A stretch of DNA of 63,694 bases, filler included, from Welwitschia mirabilis (Eukaryota): assembly GCA_051453625.1 (NCBI GenBank). It is 8 parts of one record of this genome, joined end to end, with 100 filler letters (N's around TTAATTAATTAA, not from the genome) between each part and the next. Parts side by side here need not be neighbours in the genome. Positions count along the whole stretch, not along the records: positions 51,248 to 56,613 come from JBOZIK010000001.1; positions 56,714 to 61,051 come from JBOZIK010000001.1; positions 61,152 to 63,694 come from JBOZIK010000001.1; 5 more parts are not named here. One strand, written 5' to 3'. The notes under the pieces are model-generated. The model was given only the letters and a program-made list of their open reading frames with translations. It ran no database searches and was not told the DNA's origin. The stretch's first letter is position 1; every line of letters starts with the position of its first letter. A program made the position numbers and the translations under genes. This document shows positions 51,248 to 63,694 of this stretch, one piece after another.

Positions 51248-54230
51248 CAAGGCAAAGGGAAATTTTGGTAATCTCCTTACTACTTCTTGTAGGTGTCCTC
51301 AAGCTGATATGCTAATGACGTGATTTTTTAGATGATCTCTTTCGGTTCTCAAGGGAAGAAAGGAGCATTTTTAAAGACCATTGGCATTGCTTTGAGAAGG
51401 TGATGGAGAATTTGGATTATTTGCTTGAATCGTAATTTGAAGATGTTCTTTTGAGCTACTTAACTTCATAAGATTTGTTAGAGTCATCTATCCTTTTATG
51501 GTCAGATTCTTGAACTTTATGAAAAATCTTGTTGTAGAATCTATAAGCCTCATTGGGTATAGTGTAGCCAATAAAAATTCCATTATTAGCCTTAGAATCA
51601 AACTTGGCATTTAGCCTTTAATCTTTTAAAATAGAACATTTGCTCCCAAAAACTTTAAAGTAACTAACATTTGGTCTTTACCTATCCGTAGCTCATGTGG
51701 AGCTTTGTTACTTCTTGGACTACGAAATATCCTCTTGTTGATGTAGCAATCTATGTTAATAGCCTCAACCTACAAATGATGTGGTAAAGACCATTCATTA
51801 ATCATAGCTCTAACCCTTGCAATTAGGACTCTATTCTTTCTTTCCACAACACCATTTTGTTGAGGAGTTCTTGGAGCTCAAAACTAATGCAAAATACCAT
51901 TCGTATTGCTATAAGTTTCAAATTTATCATTGTTAAACTCACTCCCATGATCTGATCTAATGGTATTGATGGTATGTCCTTTTTTATTTGGGATCCTTTT
52001 GCAAATCTTCCCAAAAATACTAAAAGATTTAGCCTTGGTATGTAAGAAACCAGCTCAACAAAACCTTGAAAAATCATCAATGGTAATAAGAAAGAACCTC
52101 CTTTTTTTTTTAGGATATGGTCTCGAGATCTTTCAAGTTCATGGTTCCAAGCCTTCTATGGTAGAAATTAATCTCCTTAGATCGAGCTAAATAACACTTG
52201 TGTTTAGTTTTGTCATTAGTTCCCAGAACATGCATATAGCTAGGACTACGTCTAACCAGAACAACTTTATTCTCAGGCACATTCTAACTTAGAACCTGCA
52301 TGCCATTGACTATATCTTTTATTTTTGTAGTGTATTTAGCCATTGACTCATTCTCCTCCATTTTCACAACTGTATTGTCCTCTTTAGGAGATAAGGCACA
52401 AATTAGAGCATTCATGGCCTTAGCATTGAGAATGGCTTTAATCTTGTCATCTGCATCCCATTTAGCTCTAGTTTTTGAGAGAGTAACTCCAATTGTATTA
52501 ATATGAGTTGGCAAGGAGTACCCATCAAGGACCATTTCCTAGAGCTCAAAATCTATTCATTGCAAGAAGCTTGCCAAGATATGCACAAAACAATGGAGGT
52601 CTAGCCATTGATGTCCCTAGCTTAGAATCTATTTATTGCAAGAAGATTGCCAAGATATCCACTAAACAAGGGAGGTCTAGCTATTGATTGTCCCTCTTGA
52701 ACGCTTGTAGAAGACTTTCTAGGGTGAAGCTCCTAAATACAAAAGAAAAAGAAGTCTACAATAGCAAAGACCTGATACCGATTGTGAAAGGATCAAAGTC
52801 ACCCTAGATTTTATTTGGTTTGGGCATTTGGGTGGGGTTGGGGTTTGCTCTTTAAAAGTTCTGTAATCTTGGCTTGAAATAACAAAACAAAATAAAATCA
52901 AATAGAGAGACAAGATAGCACACATAAAAAATTATAGTGATTCACTAGAGGCTTACTCCACTCTCATGGGATAGCAACAACCATTTAACTTTCTAGTTTC
53001 CTTTCCAAAAATTTTACTTTTACAAGTGGTAGAAGCAACCCTTTCACTCTAGGGCTTTTAACCTTCCAAGTAACTCAAACTTACTATCTAGTGCGACATG
53101 AAGAGAGAGTTATAAGAATTTGATACAATGTCTGCCTGAAGTGCACTAGGTATCGCCCTTTTGAGCACAGCAAGAGGATGATTACAAAGTTTAGCATAGA
53201 GAGAATTATAGCAATAGGAAGAGTAGAAGAACTGGATCCCTTTTTAAGGCTAGGTCTTCCTAGACAACTGTTAGAGAACTAAGAATTGCCTTCAATCCTT
53301 CAACCAAAATTATTCCTTAATTGATTGGATTGATAAAGTAAGAGATCACACCAATTTCTAAAGGATTAAGACTTGATTTGGTGCAGGAAGACTAATGGAT
53401 AGAATTGACTGACTAACACATAGAAATCTAGATGCCCCACTAAAAAATGTTAGATGTCCTAACCTGCACTCAGTGTATTTGAGAGACTGAAGAGTTATGG
53501 ATGTCCCAATAATAAGATACAGATGTCTTAACTTGCACACAGGAAAATTGTATGGCTGAAAACTTAGGATGTCCTAGCAAAGGACTTTAGACATGCTAGG
53601 TAGGATTTGACAAGGAACACAGTTGAGCCAGCAAATGGACTCATACACCACCATTGAAATGAGCAAACTTCTTAATAGTATGTGGCAACATATGAAATGA
53701 GCAAAGAAGTGGTTGGATACAAACGTTGCTAGAGATTCTAAGCCTTCCATAGACAGGAGTGACAAAGTCGTAGGTGGATAATCAGTTGCTATCCATAGGA
53801 GAAAATTCATTGTTTTATGATAGGACAAAGCGCTTGCAACAACGGTCTGCATGGTATGCGAAGTGGTTTAGAATGTTATGATAGATGTTTTTGATTCTGA
53901 CCAATTTGGTGTAAAGTAATTGACTATTCATTTTAATTTGAGCACCCTGTTAGAAAGTCAGATATCTCATTTGAAAAACTTAGGTGTCTCAATACAAATT
54001 GAGGTTCTGTGTGCTACTGTAACATCTGGGGCATCCCGTTAGAAAGGTCTGGATATCCCACTTTTACCAAGTCATTAAGAACTAAACTAAGAGTTATTAG
54101 GACATCCCACATAGGGACCTAGAATATCCTAGCATGAAACAATACTCATACATTGAACACCAGAAAGTCAAAGCTTAATCTCAAAACATGGATTACAATT
54201 AGCTCTTGATTCAAATATTTGATTTCAACA
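51248..54230 (-). mobile_element. Internally deleted Sirevirus-like copia element I (5' LTR 52783-54230, decayed PBS, gag fragment, integrase fragment)
   Basis: LTR starts TGTTGAAATC on the minus strand and ends ...TTTCACA, then AT, then CGGTATCAGG. Gag ILNAKAMNALICALSP; integrase RSDHGSEF and TPQQNGVVERKNR. Confidence 0.82.
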
Positions 54231-55289
54231 ACAACCTTGGATGTGACAGGCTTAAAGGTAGTGAAAATTGGGAGGCTGAAAAAAATCATGAGCACATACT
54301 TGATTGTCGAAAGATTAAGGGAATGAATCTTGCAAGAGAATAGACCAGACAACTGGGGAAACACGAAATGGAATTAAAGAGGATGGGGGGCATTGCAAAT
54401 GAAACAAAGGGATTAGATCCTTCCATAATGATGAACTTGAACCATATAGAATGTCCATATGCTCAATGGAGAACATTAGTCAACATGTCTAAACCAAGGC
54501 GGCATGATTCTTTGAGTCAGTGTGAGTAACTCATAAGTCAATGGCTCTCCAAAGCTTGGCGAATTGATGAACACGCCCAAGTCATAGTGAGTTTTCTCTC
54601 TAATCTTAAAAATGTTTGACTCATGACAAGTGACTTACTAGTGATGCAAGTCAAAAGACTTTTGACTTCTTCATGTAATAAATAATCAAATTTGTTTTAA
54701 CTTTTTTTCAAATTTTGAATAAAAATGATTCTCGGTTTATGAAAAGGTAAATAAATGATTGTGAACAAGTTTTTAATGCTTCATCTCACATTTTTAGATA
54801 TTTCACTGGCTTATTGCTTAAGTGCTTGGCCTTTTTGCATATTTGAATGAATATCTATGTTTCATGTGTTTTGCTGTTAATATGATAATATGCTTATTGC
54901 TGAATTCTATGAGTCACTGCAAAAGAAAGAAAAAAAGCGAAAAAGAGATTCATATGACGCCTGCTTTTCAAGATCATTTATTTGTTAAGGGCATCTAAAA
55001 GTCATTTGGATCCATTCTCCCATCGTTAGAAACGTGCTATTTTATTCCATATGCTTATGAACAAAATTCGTTCATAAAATATTAATATTATGTTATTTTT
55101 TTAATCTTTTTTCTTTGATTCCTTTGGACTATTTGTACAAACAAGTTAAATTCAAGTGATCCAACAAATACTCATGAGTTGTGAGTTGGATTTTAACTTT
55201 CTTGCAAGTCATGAGTTTCGAGTTGTGCTAGAGGGTTTAACAATCTACACATTATAACAACATCCTTTATATGCAACAAGTGAATGAAG

Positions 55290-56083
55290 TGAAATGGCTG
55301 AAGAATAGCCTAGTGCAAAAAATGTTGGATAAAGTGGACACTCTATGAACTTTATTTGGAAACCTATCAATGGAAGACATGAAAGTAAACTACATGTTGA
55401 AAGTATCGCTATAGGAATGGGAGTCAATAAGACTTTCATTATTAAATAGTCAAAATGGGCAATAGGTACCAAATCCAAACCATGTGAGAAAGACAATAAT
55501 CGAACATGCTACTAGAAGAAATGAGATGAGTGTTGACAACAAACAGTAGCATATATATGGCAAATATTTGTTGTTAATAGAGTCATTGCAAAGGACAAGA
55601 GAAGAGGCACATTTATAGGAAGAGGAAGGGCAGAAGTACACCCTCAGAATGGAGGAAGAGGAATGGATGTTGGTAGAGGCAAAGGCTTCCAAAATGATGT
55701 AAATCAATATGCAACGAGAAACATTAATGATATCATATGGTATTGGTGTTAGCTAAGAGGAGATGTCTAAACAAAAGAAGCAACATCGCAGAAAGAAGAA
55801 GAATCTAACAATGATGCTACACCTTATAACATAGCAAATATGATGGAAGCTCTTTCTATGTAGGTTGACAAAAGAAAGGCAAGAAAGAAATGGTGGATAG
55901 TTGATTTAGGAAATTGCTTCAAATTGCTCTGCATAAGGTAGCCTTCGACACATTCATAGAAATGAAGGGATCAATTGTACTTGGAGATCGCAATGAATTG
56001 GAAGTGTTTGGTATTGATAATGTGATATTGAAGAAGAATGATAGAAAAAGTATCAGTATGCTAAATGTAAGGTACATTCCAAA
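55290..56083 (+). mobile_element. Old copia (Ivana/Ale-like) gag-protease remnant
   Basis: RGRG-rich gag tail; WWIVD protease-like motif; KGSIVLGDRNELEVFGIDNVIL...LNVRYIP. Confidence 0.7.
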
Positions 56084-56501
56084 AGTAGTGTTGGACTCCA
56101 ACCCAACCACTAGTTGCTAAGGGACCCTTTTCTCAACTTTGCTCAACCTTCTCTTCCACCCAGTCTTCCATCCTGCCTCATCTCCCCTCTTTCTCCCTTA
56201 GCTTCCTTCTTCTCCTTTTCCCACTTTTTCTTTCCTTCTCTCCTTCACTTTCCCCCTTTTTCATCTCCTTCTTGAATCCTCTAGTGGGCATGGAATCCCA
56301 TCCAATTCCACACCTAGGAAATTTCATGGAAAAGGTGTAGGATTCAACCTAGCTTCCCCCTCCCTCCCCCATTTCCCCTCCTTCGTAGGATGCAGACCTC
56401 TAGCAATTTGCAAGAATTAAATTCAGATGTGGATCTCCCTTCAAAACCAACAAAGATCCAGATCTCTAGTAGCCTTGTTTTGCATTCATCAGACTAGCTT
56501 T

Positions 56502-56891
56502 TGTTAGTGAAATACAGCAGAGCAAAAGCAAAATAGCAACACACCATATTTACGTGGAAAACCCCAATGTGGGGAAAAACCACGGAAGCAATGCAGAGCT
56601 CTCTATTAGAATGNNNNNNNNNNNNNNNNNNNNNNNNNNNNNNNNNNNNNNNNNNNNTTAATTAATTAANNNNNNNNNNNNNNNNNNNNNNNNNNNNNNN
56701 NNNNNNNNNNNNNTAGATTTTCTTTTAGGGTAGAAACCCTAACCCTAACTTCTAAAACTTTCTAGATGACCCCATTTAACTTCCCTTTTTTCTTTTTAAT
56801 ATTACAACAAGAAAAGGGACTATATTAAAATATATAAAGTCACACTATAAAGGAATAAATAACATCAAGAGATTTGGCTTCATTTCCAACA
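56502..56891 (-). repeat. Tork-like LTR insertion (solo LTR, or whole element collapsed in the linker gap)
   Basis: TGTT...AACA termini; flanks GCTTT/ACTTT (4/5 TSD); TTTACGTGGAAAACCCC motif; related to 29371-29668. Confidence 0.75.
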
Positions 56892-57293
56892 ACTTTGAGG
56901 TTCATCTCAGACAAAGACATCTCCTTTAACCTTGAACCCAAAGTTTTTCCCTCTTCCTTTTTCCTCTCCATTCCATATTCTCCCCCTTTTCATTTCCCTT
57001 GACTTCCCAATACTATGCCCCAGATATGAAGTTCCTATCCTAGGTCCCCTTTCTCAACTCAAAACACACAACTCCCCTTTCTTAATTTACTCACAAGGGA
57101 GAAGAATCAGATGATGGCTATAAAGAGCCCTAGCCTTTAGCATGAATCTCCAACATCAGATTCCAGCCCAGTTCGCAACCTTAAGACTTCAAAATTCTGC
57201 TCGTTCCTTGCTTGTCCTCATTCTCCTCTTTCCCTCTTCCTCTCTTCCTTTCCTTCCCTTCCTCTCTTCCTTTCTTTCCTTTTCCCTTCTCCC

Positions 57294-57296
<3 letters not shown>

Positions 57297-57330
<34 letters not shown>
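57297..57330. repeat. (CT)17 microsatellite within a long polypyrimidine tract
   Basis: Read directly from the sequence. Confidence 0.95.
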
Positions 57331-57333
<3 letters not shown>

Positions 57334-60300
57334 CCTCCTCCTCTCCCTACCTTGTTTACCAGATTCCTTACCTAGGGCGTCGTCCTAAACCTCTCCCTCC
57401 ATGTTCTGGTCTCCCATCCCAGTTCCCTATAGAATCTCGCTTTTTAGTACCCATTTCAGCATTTCTCTAGTTAGAATCCTCCTTTGATTGATTTCTTCTA
57501 CCGAATTTAGTTCTCCATGCTCATCTTAGATTGCTTCAACCCCTCTTACCTGGCTTCCTTCTTAAAGGGGACGTTCGTCAGAGAGTTCAATTACCTCAGG
57601 TCTAGAAGAGTCGTAAGGTTACATCAGATCCTTAGAATGTGATAGACTCAAACAAGCTTGCCCATGACATTACAACACGGGGTGAGTGCTAGCTTAATGA
57701 CTAGAGAGGTGACTCCTGTTTTGGTAGAGTGACCCTTTCTAGCACCATGATGGACTAGCCAAGACTCTAGCTATGCCAGTCTTCCAAAGTTATCACTTTG
57801 TCAGATCAGTGCTAATTTAAGACATTCGAAGCGGTACTATCTTGATGTCACTACCCTACTTGCTCCCTTTCTTCCATGTCACTCCCTCTTTTCTACTCCT
57901 TGCTCAAAAGGGGCAATCTGTTTCCTTCTCTCCTACTTCTCAGTCCTCATAATGGGGGCTCTCACTATGGTTTTTTTTTTTTTCTTCCCGTTCCTGGAGT
58001 TCACCTCCAGCCTTGTGATCACATGATAAACTAGAGGCTCCTTCCCCATCTTTGTTTTAGATAACTATTTCAGCCTCATGGCTAGTTTTGAGTCTAGACT
58101 AGCAGGAGGAAATCTTATCCTCCAACTAAAGACATCAAAAGAACCAGCTGATTGCATATGTGTCTTTCATTTTCTCTTAGTTTCATCATTCTATCTTTTA
58201 GATATAATGCTTTTGTTCTCTCCTCCTTCCACATAGGAAGAAGATTATATAAATNNNNNNNNNNNNNNNNNNNNNNNNNNNNNNNNNNNNNNNNNNNNNN
58301 NNNNNNNNNNNNNNNNNNNNNNNNNNNNNNNNNNNNNNNNNNNNNNNNNNNNNNNNNNNNNNNNNNNNNNNNNNNNNNNNNNNNNNNNNNNNNNNNNNNN
58401 NNNNNNNNNNNNNNNNNNNNNNNNNNNNNNNNNNNNNNNNNNNNNNNNNNNNNNNNNNNNNNNNNNNNNNNNGTATATTGGCTGAAGAAGGCTACAGTTA
58501 GATGCATCTTGCCTTCCCTTTCAGAACCTTGCCCCATCTTATAGTTTGGCCTTGGGAGGAAATCCATTATGAAGCTCTAATCCCATACTAAAGATCTAGT
58601 CCAGCCCTTTCCTTAGGAGATTCTAGAATAACCAGAAGGATACGTCCCTCCCTTAGAAGTCCTTCCTTTTCCCTAATCCTTTGCCCTCTTTTATTTTCAT
58701 TTGTTTGCCTTTCCCTGTTTGTGAGGTTTTCTGTATTATGCTTAACNNNNNNNNNNNNNNNNNNNNNNNNNNNNNNNNNNNNNNNNNNNNNNNNNNNNNN
58801 NNNNNNNNNNNNNNNNNNNNNNNNNNNNNNNNNNNNNNNNNNNNNNNNNNNNNNNNNNNNNNNNNNNNNNNNNNNNNNNNNNNNNNNNNNNNNNNNNNNN
58901 NNNNNNNNNNNNNNNNNNNNNNNNNNNNNNNNNNNNNNNNNNNNNNNNNNNNNNNNNNNNNNNNNNNNNNNNNNNNNNNNNNNNNNNNNNNNNNNNNNNN
59001 NNNNNNNNNNNNNNNNNNNNNNNNNNNNNNNNNNNNNNNNNNNNNNNNNNNNNNNNNNNNNNNNNNNNNNNNNNNNNNNNNNNNNNNNNNNNNNNNNNNN
59101 NNNNNNNNNNNNNNNNNNNNNNNNNNATTTCCTACTATCATCCTATCCATGGCTAACCTCCCTCCTCCATATATTGAAAATAATCCCCTTGACTTCCCTA
59201 TTGATAATCCCCTGCCAACTGAACATGACAAATTTCTTCGAGCTTAGAGTCCCCATTTTTCTTTGGCCTCTGAAGACCACATTACCTGTTTAATGGGAAG
59301 GCTTTGCTTTTTGGAAGTTAATGAAGAGGACGTTGCATGTCAGTTGTTTCTCCTCTATCTTAGAGGAGAGGCTTAGTGCCGATATCTACATCTACTTGCG
59401 AATCCCATTGGCTGATGGAATGAGTTGACCTAAGCTTTCGTCTAATAGTTTGGAGGCCAAACGAACCTAGAGATTGTGTGCTAGTATTTCACCACCATCA
59501 GGAAGGAGCATATAAAGACCACCATAGCTCTCAACAACTGTTTCCAAATCATTTATGACCTCTTCCTTGTCCAATATAAACCATTTGTCTTTCAAGTCAT
59601 TGTTGTGTACAGATTAGCCCTAGACGGTATGACTTGTTTCTTTTTAGCATAGAGGCCCAGCCTCCATAACTTATAGGACCTTATAAATGAAAACAATCAC
59701 TTTGAGATACTCATAATAGTGACTCCTTATGGCCACCTTAACTTGGTTCACCCCAACCCTGTTGTTCCACTAACCCCTAATATCTCTCTTTACCTGTTAC
59801 CACTCCTTTCATTCTTGCTAACCTGCGCTCTTCACGACTCCCTCAACTCTTGGCTCCCACTTCATCTGCAGTACTGCCATTCCTTTTTCCTTCCTTGCAT
59901 GTTCCAAATCTCTCATCTTCTTATCAAAATTCTTTTTCCTCATATCCACCATTGAATCCTATCTCTCTGTCCCAAATCACGCCTTCCACATAAGTAGAAA
60001 CCTCCTCCACTTAGAAGCATGTAGAGAAATTGAGGTAGTTGGACACATGTTGAGAAAGTTAACTCAGGACTTGAAGCAACTAAAGATTTCCCAGCAAGGA
60101 AGGAGTTAAGGATGAGGGGAGTGACATATAGGGAAGTGGTTTCCTGCCACAGGGTGAGTATTAGTTTGATAATGAGAGAGGTGACTACTGTTCTGGGAGA
60201 GTTTATTTGCTTCACATCTTGAGACTCATATTAGAAAAGCACCTTACAGAGAGTGGGTGGAGGACTTTGTTTAAGGCAACCTCTTTCTTGTGAGGAAGAT

Positions 60301-61151
60301 ACTATATTGTATATTGGCTGAAGAAGGCTACAGTTAGATGCATCCTGCCTTCTCTTTCAAAACCTCGCCCCATCTTCTAGTTTGGCCTTGGGAGGAAGTC
60401 CATTAGGAAGCTCTAATCCCATACTAAAGATCTAGTCCCGCCCTTTCCTTAGGAGATTCTAGAATAAGCAGGAGGATACGTCCCTCCCTTAGAAGTCCTT
60501 CCTTTTCCCTAATCCTTTACCCTCTTTTGTTTGATTTGTTTGCCTTTCCCTTTTTGTGAGGTTTTTCTGTACTACGCTTAACCCCTTACTCTAACCTTGT
60601 TCCCTAGTGACTATGTACCCTGAGGGAAATCATATTCAGGTACCTAAATTCCAGCTGCACTCTAAAATAGGTCTAGGGCCTCACTTGTGAAACTGGATGT
60701 TGTTGTCCCTTCTAACTTTAGGGAAAGGAATTTGCAGCAACAATTCTTCTGTAGCATTATGAGGAGGGCATTGAATAGCTGCATTTGCTCATCATTATTA
60801 CACATTCTAAAACGCAACAATAACAGAAGAAAAGGGAGATTGAAGAATCCCTGCAATCGCTTTCTTTCTTCATCAGCTCATCTTAAGATTCTTCTTTGGA
60901 AACTTCTTTTTATAATTTTCTACCATCCGCAACCATAGACCCTTCATTGCACTCCTCCTTCCCACTAGTCCTACATTTCCTACTATCATCCTATCCATGG
61001 CTAACCTCCCTCCTCCATATATTGAAAATAATCCCCTTGACTTCCCTATTGNNNNNNNNNNNNNNNNNNNNNNNNNNNNNNNNNNNNNNNNNNNNTTAAT
61101 TAATTAANNNNNNNNNNNNNNNNNNNNNNNNNNNNNNNNNNNNNNNNNNNN

Positions 61152-61801
61152 CACAATACACCAGCATGTAGTACAACAATCTCTCAATGAGATGATACAA
61201 TGTAGGAGTAGAGATAGAGAAGAAGATGTTTTCCTTTTTGAATAGATTAAACACAGGTCAGTTCTGCCTTTTGAAAAGGACACAATACCTTTTATAGAGT
61301 TCCTTGAAAAAATAGCTGTTAGATTCTCGTTTGAAGTGCTCTGGAACTTGGTTTGTGTGCCCTGAAGTTCTCGTAGCCGTTAGTGCCTTGAAGAGCGCAT
61401 TCTAACGGTTATTTTGATTTGCTTTTCAGCTCCAATGTTCGCTAGGGCGGATGTCCCATTTTTTCTAACCGGACGTCTGGGTTTTTATTATCACTGCTCT
61501 GCCAAAATTGCAAGGGAGGTGGGACGTCCCAGTTTTACAGGTGGGACGTCTTAGTACATTAGGACTGCCAGGGAGGTGGGACGTCCCAGTTTTACAGGTG
61601 GGACATCCTAGTACATTAGGACTACAAGGGAGGTGGGACATCCCGGGTTCACAGGTGGGACATCCCAGGTTCATAGTGGGACATCCCGGGTTCACAGGTG
61701 GGACATCCCGCTACTTTTTCTCATATTTTCACCTCTTAACCTTGGTCGATTTAGAGTCCCATTGCTTAGTGACATCATTGAAACTCTTCATTTTCCCAAT
61801 A
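61152..61801 (-). repeat. Sirevirus-type LTR (5' part) with 57-bp and 21-bp tandem arrays of GGTGGGACGTCCC
   Basis: Units start at 61514, 61571 and 61628. The terminus TAGTGACATCATTGAAACTC... resembles the F LTR terminus TAGTGGCATCATTGAACTC. Confidence 0.78.
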
Positions 61802-63694
61802 GTTGGTTTACTATCAAAGGTCAAGTGGAGCTTGTCATCATCATCATTGTGACATGGATGGAAGCCATGCGTAGTTCCAGTTTTAACATTTTCATTGTCA
61901 TGAACATCTTGGAGAGTAGACTATAGCCAAGTACTTCGACATTGTTTTTGAATAATATCAACTTTTCAATTGGAGAGGCTACTAAATTGCTACTGGAACT
62001 GTGACTAAGTGTGCTAGGAACGCAAAATTGCTTAATTCCTATAGGTTGCAAAGTGGATGTAACAATAGAAGAAACTAAAGGATTATTGGTGGCCACATCT
62101 CCCCCCTCAACTATGAGACATTGAACATCCAATTTGGTTACTGGGTTAGACAAGGGACAAAGCTTTGAACGATCAAGTTGAGAATCATTGTTGGATACCC
62201 CACAAAGATGCCAATGTGAGCATGTGCTCCAAAGTTGTCACTATGTCCATTTGGGATATGGACATAGCACTATTGCAACTGAAAATTCGAAAATCGTACG
62301 ATTTTGGCTTGTACTTATACAACTTTTCAGTTGTAGATACTTCATTTTCTATATACCGAGCAATATGATTATTCAGATGTACTGCTATGTTCACTGCTTT
62401 ACCTCAAAGATAAGTCTTGTAACTACTGAAATACATCATGGAATGCACCATATCTATGATAGTGTGATTAAATTACTTGACAATGCCATTTTGTTAGGAT
62501 GTCCTTCGGTAGGTCTTCAAATGTCAAATCCCTTTAGAAGCGAGAAAGTCCTTGAACTCAGCAGATGTATACTAGCTACCATTATTTGAGTGGAAACTTT
62601 TAATCTAGCAGTTGTCTTGCTTTTCCACTCTACTTTTAAACTTTTTGGAGGTATCCAAAGTTTGTAATTTGGATTTGATGAAGTGTACCCACACGATTCG
62701 GGAATAGTCATCAGTAAAGGATATAAAGTAATGAAATCCAGGGATAGTGGGAATTCACATAGGTCTACTTAGACCATTTTGAACAAGCAAAAGCTTTCAA
62801 TCAGTACACCACCTACTTGGTGAAAACCGTTGTCTAGTTGCTTTCACACTGAGGCAAGTGATGTGGAATGGATGGAAGAAGCTAGTGGCCATTCTCACAC
62901 ATTGCATTCTTTGTATGAGGAGTAGGATGTTCTAGTCGAGCATACCATAGTAGTGAGAGAGAAAGCTCATCTTGTAAAACGGTGTAAGCGATTTCTCACA
63001 TTTTGACAAACCGTGAAGATGAGCACACTTTCCATCTATGTAGCCTTTCATGACTAATTGTTGATTACCATTATAAATATCCAGTGAGTGCCTTGTCATA
63101 GAAATAGAGTGATTTTCTCACAACAAAGTTGAAAGTGGTAAAAGATGCAATCTCAAAGAAGGAATATGTGAAGAGAGCAATGTCAAATCAAGGGTAACCA
63201 AACCATAAACTTCCATAGGAACTAGTGTTCTGTTTGCCAAATAAACATATTAAGTTGACATAATGAATGCAAACTTGTTTTTGTGAGTCAATTTCTGCTA
63301 CCTTTGCCTTGATGTCTTGCATTCGTGTAATTAATTGTCTCATCTTCGCCTTCTCATAAGGCAAATTGTTCATGCAAGTTATGAGCTTAAGAAGCTCCAG
63401 ATTATTCTTTGAGTAGATTGTATCCCGCAAGGTATAGAAGTTGGTGTAGCTTGTTTTGGTCAAATCAACCAACTTGTGTTGACAATGACAAATTTCCACA
63501 TAATATCTGTCAATTTGATGTTCATATTTTGCCAAGTAGCTTCTTCAGCCTAATCCTGAAGAGATGTACGATCAGGTGCCAAAAACTTATTCTCATAATC
63601 ATAAATCCACATGGTTGACATAAATTCCTCAGGCCAAGCCTTTCATGATCGATTATTTGGAAGAGTAACCTTGATGTTGGCCATCATCCCAGTG
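61802..63694 (-). mobile_element. Degenerate copia (Ale-like) gag-protease-integrase region, continuing beyond the window
   Basis: Minus strand QNGIVK*FNHTIIDMVHSMM...AVNIAVHLNNHI...KLYKYKP, GIFVGYP; gag-like ORF 63188-63535. Confidence 0.75.

Larger units (their letters stand above)
56084..61051 (+). mobile_element. Ty3/gypsy (Tat-like) sequence: pyrimidine-rich LTR (~56084-57855) and two copies of a leader/gag start
   Basis: GTAGTG...CACTAC inverted termini; decayed retrotransposon gag (EEDVACQLFLLYLRGEA*..Y..L....I..W.EL..AF) at ~59310-59460; 58473-58746 repeated at 60309-60582 and 59127-59203 repeated at 60975-61051. Confidence 0.6.

Noticed and set aside
54640..55230. Intron-like host sequence searched for the next SULTR4 exon (VGxSLAFVIHESANPHI)
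   Set aside because: No matching reading frame found.
62090..62112. TGAGGGGGGAGATGTGG (minus strand) as a PPT-LTR junction
   Set aside because: It lies just after the integrase SH3-like region, with no RT or RNase H before it, and reads in frame as VEGGDV; no LTR could be delimited.

Overview
This window is plant nuclear DNA from a gappy draft assembly (many N runs; seven 100-nt joins carry a TTAATTAATTAA linker). Almost all of it is nested, decayed retrotransposons: Ty1/copia Sirevirus-like elements with multiple PPTs, palindromic LTR motifs and a 3' extra ORF; Tork-like and Ale/Ivana-like copia; Ty3/gypsy Athila-like and Tat-like elements; and one L1 LINE remnant. The only host-gene sequence I recognise is one intact 117-nt exon at 31812-31928 (+), with canonical AG/GT borders, encoding a transmembrane segment of a group-4 sulfate transporter (SULTR4-like). 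It lies at the window centre with no confidently identified neighbouring exon within about 31 kb on either side. That suggests giant TE-filled introns, although linker gaps close to it could hide exons. I found no convincing novel multi-gene system. The most interesting points are the isolated exon, the reconstructable nesting history, and a 3' extra ORF whose motifs look shared between copia and gypsy elements. Boundaries were read by eye and many are approximate.
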